DNA of 64,000 nt, from positions 128,001 through 192,000 of IMG/VR virus record IMGVR_UViG_3300027782_000030, one strand, 5' to 3'. The notes beneath the pieces are model-generated. The model saw only the letters and a list, made by a program, of their open reading frames with translations. It was not told where the DNA came from and searched no databases. Made by a program: the position numbers and the translations under genes. Origin of the DNA: a virus. Lineage: Duplodnaviria > Caudoviricetes. Within the stretch, counting starts at the first letter, position 1, and the number at the start of each line of letters is the position of its first letter. Shown here one piece after another: positions 52,644 to 61,523 of the stretch.

Positions 52644-54659
52644 ATGAAATTCAAAATGTTGGCAGCAAGCGTAGCATTGGCCTGTTCTAGTTTGGCTTAT
52701 GCTCAGACTACAGAATATTCACTAAGCCGTAGCCTTGATGTAGTTAAGGCTAGCGCCGCATATGCCCGAGGTTACACAGGTAAGGGCAGTGTTATTGCTG
52801 TACTAGATACAGGCATTGACACCAGTAGTGATGAATTTAAAAACAAGATCCTAGCGATTAAGGACTTCAGCAACAGTGGTACTATCGTTGATAAAGTTGG
52901 CCATGGTACTCATGTTGCGGGAATTGCGGCAGCAGCTAAAAATGGTGTAGGTGTTCAAGGTGTAGCATATGATGCTAGTTTGATCATTGGTAAAATCACT
53001 AACACCGGTGCTATGAATACTCAAACTGTTCTTACAGCCGCTACATGGGCTGCTAGTTTGGGTGCTGATGTTGCTAATATGAGTGTTACATTTCCTATTA
53101 GCCGTAACACACTTGTCCCAGTATTGATTGCTTCGGGTATTTACAAAACAGTGTATACTAATACTGGTAAACTGCCTTATGACTTTGATGCTAAAGCATG
53201 GGCGGCGGCTACTAAAGGTGAAATGGTTATGGTTGTAGCCGCAGGTAATGAGGCTACTGCATGGTCAAGTAGTATTACTCAATTGGCTACCGCTACTGAC
53301 GCAAATGGTAATTTGCTCTTGGGTGGCCGAATGATTATCGCTGGTAATTGGAATAGCATTACTAATAAAACAATTGGTCCTTCAACCAATGGTGCGGCAC
53401 ATCTATGCCAAGTTATGGTAAATTCTATTTGTCAGGACAAGTACAAGGCATATGACTTTTTTCTAATGGCACCCGGTACTAGCATCATTAGCACTGCACC
53501 TAAGACACCTGTTAACCCAACTGGATTGGCTACTATGTCTGGTACATCAATGGCAGCACCCGCTGTTTCAGGTGGTGCCGCTCTTATCCATCAGATGTGG
53601 CCACAGATGACAGGCTCTAACATTGTTAGGTTGTTGTTGGTTACTGCTAATAAGAATCTTCCTGGCTATAGTCTATATACTATGGGTCAAGGTCTAATGG
53701 ATCTTGATAAAGCAACTAGCCCAGTTGGATCAGTTGGTATTCCAACTACAGGTCGATTGTCTGGTACTACTTTAGCAAGCGCAAGACCTCTTGTTTACAC
53801 GGCAACTGGAAGTGCTAGCACAGGTAAACTAAGCGGCATTATGGTAGTAGATAGTTTTGAGCGAGATTTCTATCTGAATGGAAAAGCATTTACCGCACAC
53901 AAGAAAGCCGATCCTTTCAATCATCAACAAGCAATGATGCCTTATGAGTCGCACAACCCCTATACATTGTTCAATACATACTATGACCGTACCAATGTTA
54001 AAGTAGGCTCATATGAGATGAGCATTTACCGCGATACTACTAACATGTTGGAAACATCACCCATGATGTTGGAACTGGCTTACACTAAAAACTTTGGTGA
54101 CACCAGCGTCAAGTTTTCAGGTGGTTTCTTCAATGAAACTAACACTTGGTTGGGTAACAGCGTAGGTAGTTTTGTAGGTGATGGTAAAAACAATAACAGC
54201 ACTACACAATTTGCTGGTGTTGAATTGAACAAAGCATTTGACACTGGTACTAATGTGTATGCTAATTTTATGCATGGTGTTACCAAAACAAACTCTAACA
54301 GCGAGAATATTCAAAAAATCGGAAGTGTCCTAAGTTACGCATGGACGGCAGGAATTGAGCAATCATTGAATTCTACTAACAAAGTAGGTGTTATGGTATA
54401 TCAACCTGTTACTGTCTATCGTGCCAATGCTGATTTGGTTGCTCCTGTTGGACTTGATAGTTCATTCAATGTCATTCAGAACAGTAGTGTCAACCTAGCC
54501 GCAGATGTACATGAACTTAGAACAGGTATCTACCATAAGTTTCAAAACTCTAAAGAGTTTAACACTATGGCATTTGTAGAGGCTCGGCAAAATTATCGTG
54601 GCCAACTGGGACAAAATGACATGGCTGTAGGATTCAAACTTACGAAAACATTTGATTAA
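52644..54659 (+). CDS. Secreted S8 subtilisin-like serine protease with a beta-rich C-terminal domain
   Basis: Signal peptide, catalytic triad motifs VLDTGID, HGTHVAG and GTSMAAP, and oxyanion AAGN. Confidence 0.92.
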   Translation: MKFKMLAASVALACSSLAYAQTTEYSLSRSLDVVKASAAYARGYTGKGSVIAVLDTGIDTSSDEFKNKILAIKDFSNSGTIVDKVGHGTHVAGIAAAAKNGVGVQGVAYDASLIIGKITNTGAMNTQTVLTAATWAASLGADVANMSVTFPISRNTLVPVLIASGIYKTVYTNTGKLPYDFDAKAWAAATKGEMVMVVAAGNEATAWSSSITQLATATDANGNLLLGGRMIIAGNWNSITNKTIGPSTNGAAHLCQVMVNSICQDKYKAYDFFLMAPGTSIISTAPKTPVNPTGLATMSGTSMAAPAVSGGAALIHQMWPQMTGSNIVRLLLVTANKNLPGYSLYTMGQGLMDLDKATSPVGSVGIPTTGRLSGTTLASARPLVYTATGSASTGKLSGIMVVDSFERDFYLNGKAFTAHKKADPFNHQQAMMPYESHNPYTLFNTYYDRTNVKVGSYEMSIYRDTTNMLETSPMMLELAYTKNFGDTSVKFSGGFFNETNTWLGNSVGSFVGDGKNNNSTTQFAGVELNKAFDTGTNVYANFMHGVTKTNSNSENIQKIGSVLSYAWTAGIEQSLNSTNKVGVMVYQPVTVYRANADLVAPVGLDSSFNVIQNSSVNLAADVHELRTGIYHKFQNSKEFNTMAFVEARQNYRGQLGQNDMAVGFKLTKTFD

Positions 54660-54661
54660 TT

Positions 54662-54910
54662 TTGTTTTATTACAATCATGAATCACCAAAGACTTGGGAA
54701 CAATGTAAGCCAGGTTGGTATGAATTTAAAATCTATTTGAATGATTCAGTATCACATGAACTTAAGTATATAGAATCAATTATAGATTGGGTTTACAATA
54801 ATATTGACAAATGTGAAAGACATGCTAGATGGGCTGTAACAAATGAATCCTTTAACATTAAGTTTCGTTACCAACGAGACTATATGATGTTTGTTTTGCG
54901 TTGGTCATGA
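54662..54910 (+). CDS. Small F-x-L-x-W family protein
   Basis: Ends DYMMFVLRWS. The start codon is uncertain. Confidence 0.65.
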   Translation: MFYYNHESPKTWEQCKPGWYEFKIYLNDSVSHELKYIESIIDWVYNNIDKCERHARWAVTNESFNIKFRYQRDYMMFVLRWS

Positions 54911-55119
54911 ATTCTGTTATAATTTATAATAAACACACCGGTGAAATCAGCGGTATAATAAATGAATTAAAAACGCATGGGCTCATTGCTAATGAGCATT
55001 ATGAATTTAGATATTATCCCGGTACTTGGGATCCCATGATAGGTGATGTTCCAAAAAAGTGTGAGTTTACTTTTAAAGATGCTAAACTAGCAAGTTGGTT
55101 TCTATTGAGGTGGGGATGA
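54907..55119 (+). CDS. Small F-x-L-x-W family protein
   Basis: Ends ASWFLLRWG, ATGA overlap. Confidence 0.7.
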   Translation: MNSVIIYNKHTGEISGIINELKTHGLIANEHYEFRYYPGTWDPMIGDVPKKCEFTFKDAKLASWFLLRWG

Positions 55120-55310
55120 AACTACTAAAAGCCGACCAAGCCGATAGTTTAGTAGTCATCATAAGAGATTATGAATTTTTTGATGGAGAGACTACCGAAG
55201 AAATGGATGAGTGGTGTTGGCAAACATTTGGATATCATCCTAGAGAGGGTATGGTTATGACATTTAAAGAGCCTAGTCATACTAATTGGTTTATGTTAAG
55301 ATGGGGATAA
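55116..55310 (+). CDS. Small F-x-L-x-W family protein
   Basis: Ends TNWFMLRWG, ATGA overlap. Confidence 0.7.
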   Translation: MKLLKADQADSLVVIIRDYEFFDGETTEEMDEWCWQTFGYHPREGMVMTFKEPSHTNWFMLRWG

Positions 55311-55592
55311 ACGAATTTAATCACTTATCACCTATCATTGACTGTGTTGACATGGTAGAATACAAAAATCCACGAGACCATACAGGAATTACATTTGTCG
55401 TTAAAGACAAACATAAAGAAATTATTCAATGGTGTCGTAGAAATTTTGGACAGCGTGGTGACGGCTGGGATTTTATGGCTGGAACTCGACATGTTCAAAT
55501 AACTATTTGGTCTAGTAAACTTATTACAATGTACGAATTATGGATGAATTAATTAAACTTCTATGTAATTGGTTTATGTTAAGATGGGGATA
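55283..55592 (+). repeat. 27-nt direct repeat pair (55283-55309 and 55566-55592)
   Basis: TAATTGGTTTATGTTAAGATGGGGATA occurs twice. Confidence 0.9.
55301..55552 (+). CDS. Small F-x-L-x-W family protein
   Basis: IIQWCRRNFG, ends ITMYELWMN. Confidence 0.65.
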   Translation: MGINEFNHLSPIIDCVDMVEYKNPRDHTGITFVVKDKHKEIIQWCRRNFGQRGDGWDFMAGTRHVQITIWSSKLITMYELWMN

Positions 55593-55829
55593 GAGACTAA
55601 ATGCAAGCGGAGAACACCAGAAGATTGGCATACCGTGATTACTGGAAAAGCCAATCACTGGCAGGCCATTGATTGGTGTACTGAACAATTTGGTCGACGC
55701 TGGGGTGTTGTAGATAATAGAGATGGCGTATGGTGTTGCTTTTGGGCTGGTCGAGAACAATTTGGTTCTTATAGATGGTATTTTGAAAATGAGTGTGATG
55801 CTATGTGGTTTACAATGAGGTGGGCGTGA
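55584..55829 (+). CDS. Small F-x-L-x-W family protein
   Basis: AIDWCTEQFG, ends DAMWFTMRWA. Confidence 0.65.
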   Translation: MGIETKCKRRTPEDWHTVITGKANHWQAIDWCTEQFGRRWGVVDNRDGVWCCFWAGREQFGSYRWYFENECDAMWFTMRWA

Positions 55830-55847
55830 AAAGGCCATGAAAACAGG

Positions 55848-55876
55848 TTGACATTAAATTGACATGGCTGTATAAT
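55848..55876 (+). promoter_or_regulatory. Early sigma70 promoter
   Basis: TTGACA-17-TATAAT. Confidence 0.88.
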
Positions 55877-55908
55877 GTATACATACATTGACCAATAGGA
55901 GTTAATTT

Positions 55909-56115
55909 GTGAACAAACGAATTCTTGAACTTGCCTTAAAGTCTGGTAGCACACACAAACAGAATCTTGGTGTGTATCAATTCTATGAAGATGAATTGGA
56001 AAAGTTTGCTGAATTTATTGTGAATGAATGTCTGCGACAGGCAAAGGAAGTGGTAATTCCTATTACAGCCGATGCTATTGAAAGCAAGATTAAAGAATAT
56101 TTTAGAGTTGAATGA
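55909..56115 (+). CDS. MNERI-family small protein 1
   Basis: MNKRILELA...KFAEFIVNEC...YFRVE. Confidence 0.7.
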   Translation: MNKRILELALKSGSTHKQNLGVYQFYEDELEKFAEFIVNECLRQAKEVVIPITADAIESKIKEYFRVE

Positions 56116-56477
56116 TGAAAATCAGATACAGTACTAATTGGATGGGACCAGTCAGTATGAATTGGTATGAACAACGCGGCCTTGTTGAAACTAAAATAGT
56201 CACACTGGAGGAGGACTCTGCTTTCAGTGGCCTTAAGGCTGGCGATCAATATGAATCGCAAGAAATTACCACTCATTATAGTTGTGGTAGAATAGATGTG
56301 AGAGGAACCGATGATCCTCATGGTGATGAAATAGGTGTGCCGCCAATGCAGAGTGATGATTGGGCTAGATTTGGTAATTGGCTTGAAACTTTTGAAACTG
56401 ATGCGGTTTGGACATTGGATCAACTAGTCGAACTATACGAACGTGTTAACCCTAAGATCAAGTGGGATAAACAATGA
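56112..56477 (+). CDS. Hypothetical protein
   Basis: 121 aa, ATGA overlaps. Confidence 0.7.
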   Translation: MMKIRYSTNWMGPVSMNWYEQRGLVETKIVTLEEDSAFSGLKAGDQYESQEITTHYSCGRIDVRGTDDPHGDEIGVPPMQSDDWARFGNWLETFETDAVWTLDQLVELYERVNPKIKWDKQ

Positions 56478-56650
56478 ACGAACGAATCCGAGAACTTGCT
56501 GAACAAGTATATGGTTCATTACACTATGATGATTTGAAGTTTGCCGAGTTGATTATTCAGGAATGTGTCAATGTATTTTTAGGTGCCGACACCAAAAACA
56601 TTCAATTGGCAATGAAAAGAATGAAACAACATTTTGGGATTGAATTATGA
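56474..56650 (+). CDS. MNERI-family small protein 2, missed by the ORF track
   Basis: MNERIRELAEQ...KFAELIIQEC...QHFGIEL. Confidence 0.7.
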   Translation: MNERIRELAEQVYGSLHYDDLKFAELIIQECVNVFLGADTKNIQLAMKRMKQHFGIEL

Positions 56651-56841
56651 ACGAACGAATTAGAATATTGGCTGAACAGGCTGAATTTTCCGAAAAAGAC
56701 TTGCACATTCAAGGTGATAATTTTCAAAGGTTCGCCGAGTTGATTGTGCGGGAATGTGCATTGACTGCTGGCTTGATGGAGCATGAAGGTAGGTCCAATA
56801 TTGGCGCACAAATATTAGATAATTTTGGAGTTGAATCGTGA
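56647..56841 (+). CDS. MNERI-family small protein 3
   Basis: MNERIRILAEQ...RFAELIVREC...NFGVES. Confidence 0.7.
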   Translation: MNERIRILAEQAEFSEKDLHIQGDNFQRFAELIVRECALTAGLMEHEGRSNIGAQILDNFGVES

Positions 56842-57182
56842 GCCTTGATGTATCTCTAATGGTAACTAAACCTGTAGCAGTCTATGTCAACAACATCACC
56901 CATAACTTGGCTAAGATGGCTAGTGAAGTTAAATTGTCAAATGGTTTAACACTGTATGATGTTCTATGGCGTCCTGATGAACAACACGACCTAGTATTGG
57001 CTAAAGATATTGCAGAACTACTAGACGAAGGTTATAAAATTTTGATCAGTGACCCCGACCATTTCAAAAAATTCAATCCAGAGAATGGTTGGGGCAATTA
57101 CGATAATCTTTGTAAGTTTGTTTATGAATACTGGAGTGCTTGCCGAGCCAACTCAGGTGCCGAGGTACAGGTATGTCGATGA
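56838..57182 (+). CDS. Hypothetical phage protein
   Basis: NITHNLAKMA...FNPENGWGNY. Confidence 0.7.
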   Translation: MSLDVSLMVTKPVAVYVNNITHNLAKMASEVKLSNGLTLYDVLWRPDEQHDLVLAKDIAELLDEGYKILISDPDHFKKFNPENGWGNYDNLCKFVYEYWSACRANSGAEVQVCR

Positions 57183-57409
57183 ACGAACGAATTAAAGAAC
57201 TTGCTGAACAGGTTGGCGTAAAATATAGCCTATGGCTTGGTAGTAAACCTGCTGCTTATATGACTTATGGTGAACTAGAAAAATTCGCCGAGTTGATTGT
57301 GAAAGAATGTTTGGACATTGTTAATAGACACGAATACAGTTATCATGAGGCTGACCCACTTTGGGAAACTGCTCAATTGATTAAACAACATTTTGGAGTT
57401 GAAGAATGA
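57179..57409 (+). CDS. MNERI-family small protein 4
   Basis: MNERIKELAEQ...KFAELIVKEC...QHFGVEE. Confidence 0.7.
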   Translation: MNERIKELAEQVGVKYSLWLGSKPAAYMTYGELEKFAELIVKECLDIVNRHEYSYHEADPLWETAQLIKQHFGVEE

Positions 57410-57714
57410 AAACATTAGCAGAAGCTTGGGAACTTATTGATTATTTAAACGAACAAGCACACTCAGATGCTTGGGAGAGTTGGGAAGCCGCAGATGAAAT
57501 GGAAGAATCTGATGATGAGGACAGCGGCGAAACTGCTGAACAACTTAGGGAAGAAGCCAGTAATGAACAAGCCGGTTACTTCCGTGATAGTTACGAGATG
57601 CTAGACGAAGAAGATCAAGCGGCAATTAAACATTGGCTCAAAGAAGATGAATCATTTAAGGATCAATTTGCTACCTGGTTTGGATACGACTACTTTGAAG
57701 ATGAATTTGAATGA
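57406..57714 (+). CDS. Highly acidic hypothetical protein
   Basis: 102 aa, Asp/Glu-rich. Confidence 0.7.
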   Translation: MKTLAEAWELIDYLNEQAHSDAWESWEAADEMEESDDEDSGETAEQLREEASNEQAGYFRDSYEMLDEEDQAAIKHWLKEDESFKDQFATWFGYDYFEDEFE

Positions 57715-57993
57715 TTGTTTGCGTTAATGACAATAATTAAACCTTTTAAGGATTACGACGATGACGATCCTGAAATAGATCGTAGGAAGAATCGTTGGAA
57801 TTATTGGAACGCACTTAAAAAAATCAGAGTAGAATATCTTGATGGTAAAACAAATTTTGACGCATATGAATTTGAAGAATATATAACAAATGTATATGGT
57901 ATTAAAATGCACCTAACCGATGGTAAAATTACTGATGGTTACGAGATAGTGGATGAAAAAAAATATGTCATATTTTTATTAAAGTTTACTTAG
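57715..57993 (+). CDS. Small protein ending in an F-x-L-x-F motif
   Basis: Ends KKYVIFLLKFT. Confidence 0.6.
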   Translation: MFALMTIIKPFKDYDDDDPEIDRRKNRWNYWNALKKIRVEYLDGKTNFDAYEFEEYITNVYGIKMHLTDGKITDGYEIVDEKKYVIFLLKFT

Positions 57994-57994
57994 T

Positions 57995-58684
57995 ATGAAT
58001 GAATTAATAGACGGAAGTGGTTATGTATTAACTAAGAATTTTATTCCTGAACAATTAATTGATAATGTAGTTAATCGTTTAGATGAAATTTCACCAGTCC
58101 GTGCCTCTAGTAGCACAATGGAATATGCTGAAAAAGAAGATATAAAAAACTTACCTGATATAGCGGTATGGTGGTCACAAACTGTTATTAATTGGCCTGA
58201 AGTTTTAGAAATAGAAAAATTATTAAATCCATTAATTAAAAAATACTTACCTAATGCTGAATTTTATTCTAGTGATATTGTAGTAATTGAAAAAGAAAGT
58301 ACTTGGCTAAACCCACATGTGGACACTCCCCACAGATTTAAAAAATATAATTACGATAAAAGACTACTAGGTATACAGTGTATTATTTCACTAAGTGATA
58401 TCAATAAAGATTCTGCTAGCACTGGATTAGTCCCTCAAAGTCAACTAAAGGATTATAATATTAATTTGTGCTATGAGGGTTTATATAATGATTTCTTTTT
58501 AGAACATTGTATTCAACCTGATATGCCCAAAGGATCTGTTCTATTTTATAATTGTAGGGTATTACACAGTAGTATGCCTAATCCATTGCCCAAATCAAGA
58601 CCGGCATTATTGCTTCATTACCTAAATAGTGATATAATTGAAGATGTAAAAGATATTGACAATATTTGGAAAAGCAATAAATGA
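57995..58684 (+). CDS. PhyH-like 2OG-Fe(II) dioxygenase
   Basis: PHVDTP (HxD), KGSVLFYN, LHSS and RPALLLHY. Confidence 0.8.
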   Translation: MNELIDGSGYVLTKNFIPEQLIDNVVNRLDEISPVRASSSTMEYAEKEDIKNLPDIAVWWSQTVINWPEVLEIEKLLNPLIKKYLPNAEFYSSDIVVIEKESTWLNPHVDTPHRFKKYNYDKRLLGIQCIISLSDINKDSASTGLVPQSQLKDYNINLCYEGLYNDFFLEHCIQPDMPKGSVLFYNCRVLHSSMPNPLPKSRPALLLHYLNSDIIEDVKDIDNIWKSNK

Positions 58685-59301
58685 AAATTGAATCGGATGT
58701 TGATATTGATTTTGGAGATAGAGAAAAGATTCTTCAACATATCAAATATATTCCAGCCGCAATGCGTAAGGTTAAGCCACAACGCAAACATGCTACGGGT
58801 GTCCATATTACACAAATTCCATATGATCCCGTTAATGATATGGCTGCTATTGATTATTCAGATGCGGAACAGCGTGGATACTTTAAGTTAGATTTACTAA
58901 ATGTCCATGTATATAACCAAGTTAGGGATGAACTACATTTAGTTGAATTAATGCGTGATCCAAATTGGGACAACTTAAAAGATAAAGGGTTTGTAGAGAA
59001 ACTGATACACTTGGGTAATCATTATCAATCACTTCAAAAAATGCCTGAATCGGTTACTAGTATTCCTAGATTGGCAATGTTTTTAGCATTGATTCGTCCT
59101 GCTAAAAAACATTTAATTGGTAAGACTTGGCGAGAAGTAAGTAAAACAGTATGGGATAAAGGTGATGATGGTTATCAGTTTAAGAAAGCACATGCCATTG
59201 GTTATAGTCAATTAGTGGTAGTACATATGAACTTGTTAGAAGAATCAGGGCATTCTTTTGACAAGAGTGATGCTTCTGCGTTTGCTTCTTCTCTTGTGTA
59301 A
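58681..59301 (+). CDS. Miniature DNA polymerase III alpha (DnaE)-like palm protein
   Basis: SDVDIDF, RKHATGV, GYFKLDLLNV and FKKAHAIGY match DnaE motifs in order, in only 206 aa. Confidence 0.7.
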   Translation: MKIESDVDIDFGDREKILQHIKYIPAAMRKVKPQRKHATGVHITQIPYDPVNDMAAIDYSDAEQRGYFKLDLLNVHVYNQVRDELHLVELMRDPNWDNLKDKGFVEKLIHLGNHYQSLQKMPESVTSIPRLAMFLALIRPAKKHLIGKTWREVSKTVWDKGDDGYQFKKAHAIGYSQLVVVHMNLLEESGHSFDKSDASAFASSLV

Positions 59302-59625
59302 TTCATTCATACTACATACAGGGCCATGTAGTATTATTAAACTTTTATTCGTAAAAGTTCTTAGATAAGGTTTAAAAGGAAGCCAATCTTCCTTTAAGAA
59401 TAAATTAATGGGAATCAATCTATTTGATTCCCACCACCATATATCACCTAATTCTAGAAAACGAGTTTTAGAATTACTATCTACGATTGATCCATAATCG
59501 TATATAGTAGTAACACTATCATCTTTATTTTGAACTATTCCTACATAGTCCTGATTAGCGTAGGAACATACCGTTATAAACGGATGATTGTCACTAAGCT
59601 TTTTAAAAAACTCATTTTGGATCAT
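59245..59625 (-). CDS. Hypothetical protein
   Basis: 126 aa, with a TATAAAT-like motif upstream on the minus strand. Confidence 0.7.
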   Translation of the reverse strand: MIQNEFFKKLSDNHPFITVCSYANQDYVGIVQNKDDSVTTIYDYGSIVDSNSKTRFLELGDIWWWESNRLIPINLFLKEDWLPFKPYLRTFTNKSLIILHGPVCSMNELHKRRSKRRSITLVKRMP

Positions 59626-59716
59626 TATTAAATTTATAAATACATTCTATTTAATCGGGCAACCAAGAAGATAATAATTTAATATTTTGAGACTAAATAC
59701 ATAAAGGAGCTAAACT

Positions 59717-60496
59717 GTGTACTCAACTGCTGTATTTCTTTATACTCAGCGTCAAATTGTTGTACTTTTAACCGGCACATCACCGAGGAGATATATGCCT
59801 GTATACGCAAAACCATTAACTTTAAATAAGGGTGTGGATAATCAAATACAATTTCAATTCATCAATCAGGAACAAAAACCAGTAGACATTACTGGTAAAG
59901 AAATTTCCTGTAGAATTATTAGTTATGATGGTACTCAAGTATTGCTTAGAAAGGCACTAACATTACAACTACCGGCTACAGGCATTGCCGCACTAATATT
60001 AAATGCTGCTGAAATAGAAGATATTCCCGCCCAATTAGGACATTATTCGTTAGAAATACCAGTTGGTGCTTTTAACTTCCCAGTGTTTGTAGACCAAAAT
60101 GCAGGTGCTCGTGGTGACATGAATATTGTCAACAGCGTGTTGCCATCCTTTGTGCCTAGTTCAAATATCACTATTCCTACAGGACAAGCCTTTCCAAATA
60201 TTGATTCTAACAATAGTATACAAAACGCATTACCAAATGCCAATACTTACTATAGTAGCGTAATCAATACAGACTCTAATCCAATATTGACTCTTCAGGC
60301 TCATTACTATCAATTCAATGGTGATGTTACCGTTGAAGGTTCTACTATTGTAGATGCTGATTGGTATCCTATAACTACTTCAACTTATAGTAATGTAACT
60401 GACACTTTTGGGTATACCGTTCGTGGATTCCATCCATATATCCGTATGCAGTTTGTCAGCAACACTGGTGCGGTAACTAACATATTGGCAAGGTAA
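59717..60496 (+). CDS. Probable virion structural protein
   Basis: TAAATA motif and AAGGAG SD upstream of a beta-rich 259-aa ORF. Confidence 0.55.
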   Translation: MYSTAVFLYTQRQIVVLLTGTSPRRYMPVYAKPLTLNKGVDNQIQFQFINQEQKPVDITGKEISCRIISYDGTQVLLRKALTLQLPATGIAALILNAAEIEDIPAQLGHYSLEIPVGAFNFPVFVDQNAGARGDMNIVNSVLPSFVPSSNITIPTGQAFPNIDSNNSIQNALPNANTYYSSVINTDSNPILTLQAHYYQFNGDVTVEGSTIVDADWYPITTSTYSNVTDTFGYTVRGFHPYIRMQFVSNTGAVTNILAR

Positions 60497-60504
60497 ACCT
60501 GCTC

Positions 60505-60533
60505 TTGTATTTTACTTCATATTATGCTATAAT
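60505..60533 (+). promoter_or_regulatory. sigma70-type promoter of the primase gene
   Basis: TTGTAT-17-TATAAT. Confidence 0.6.
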
Positions 60534-60539
60534 CATAAT

Positions 60540-61523
60540 ATGTTTGAAATATTAACTATAGTTCCGGGTAAGAAAAAACTAACACAAAGTGGTTGGCATG
60601 GGTTCAACGCTGTGTGTTGCCATCACCGTGGACATAAAGCAGATAAAAGAGGTCGTGCTGGTTTAAGAATCGATGGGCCAAACTGGAGTATCCATTGTTT
60701 TAATTGTGGTTTTAAGTGTGGATTCACTCTAGGTAAAAGCATTACCCAAAACACAAGAAATTTCTTACAATGGTGTGGGATAGAGGAAACTCAGATTCAG
60801 CGTTGGAGTTTAGAAAGTCTACAGAAAAAGGATATCTTAGATTTTATTAAGCCAAAAAATGATGAGATTATAACATTTAGTTATAGAGCATTGCCTGATG
60901 ATTGTGAAAGCCTTAATATTAGTAATCCAAAACACTTCAGATATATAGAATATTTAGAAAAAAGGGGAATACACTATGATAGTTATCCTTTTAAAGTAAC
61001 TCCTACAGGTACTGGAAGAGTTGATAGTAGAAAAGAACATAGAATAATTATACCATATTTTTACAAATCTAAGATTGTAGGTAATACTAGTCGCTTTTTA
61101 GATAACAAATCGCCTAAATATTTTAATGTACAACAACCTGGATATGTTTTTAATATAGATAAACAAAGTCCAAGTTGGTCCGTATGTATACTTACGGAAG
61201 GTATATTTGATGCGTTATCTATTGATGGTCTTGCTCTTATGCACAATGATATAAGTTCAGACCAAGCCAAGTTAATAAGTACATTAAACAGGCCTGTTAT
61301 TCTAGTTCCAGATAGAGATATGACTGGTCTTAAATTGTGTAACCGAGCTTTAGAATTAGGGTATAAAGTCAGTATTCCAAATTGGGAATCTGATGTAAAA
61401 GATGTTAATGATGCTGTAGTAAGATATGGTAAGTTACCTACATTGTTAAGTATTTTACAGTGTGCAACTACTAGTAAAGTCAAAATAGAAATTCAAAGGA
61501 GAAAACTTGAGCAACGAATATAA
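60540..61523 (+). CDS. gp61: DNA primase (T4 gp61-like)
   Basis: Zn motif CCH...HCFNCG and TOPRIM motifs LTEGIFDA and PDRD. Confidence 0.88.
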   Translation: MFEILTIVPGKKKLTQSGWHGFNAVCCHHRGHKADKRGRAGLRIDGPNWSIHCFNCGFKCGFTLGKSITQNTRNFLQWCGIEETQIQRWSLESLQKKDILDFIKPKNDEIITFSYRALPDDCESLNISNPKHFRYIEYLEKRGIHYDSYPFKVTPTGTGRVDSRKEHRIIIPYFYKSKIVGNTSRFLDNKSPKYFNVQQPGYVFNIDKQSPSWSVCILTEGIFDALSIDGLALMHNDISSDQAKLISTLNRPVILVPDRDMTGLKLCNRALELGYKVSIPNWESDVKDVNDAVVRYGKLPTLLSILQCATTSKVKIEIQRRKLEQRI

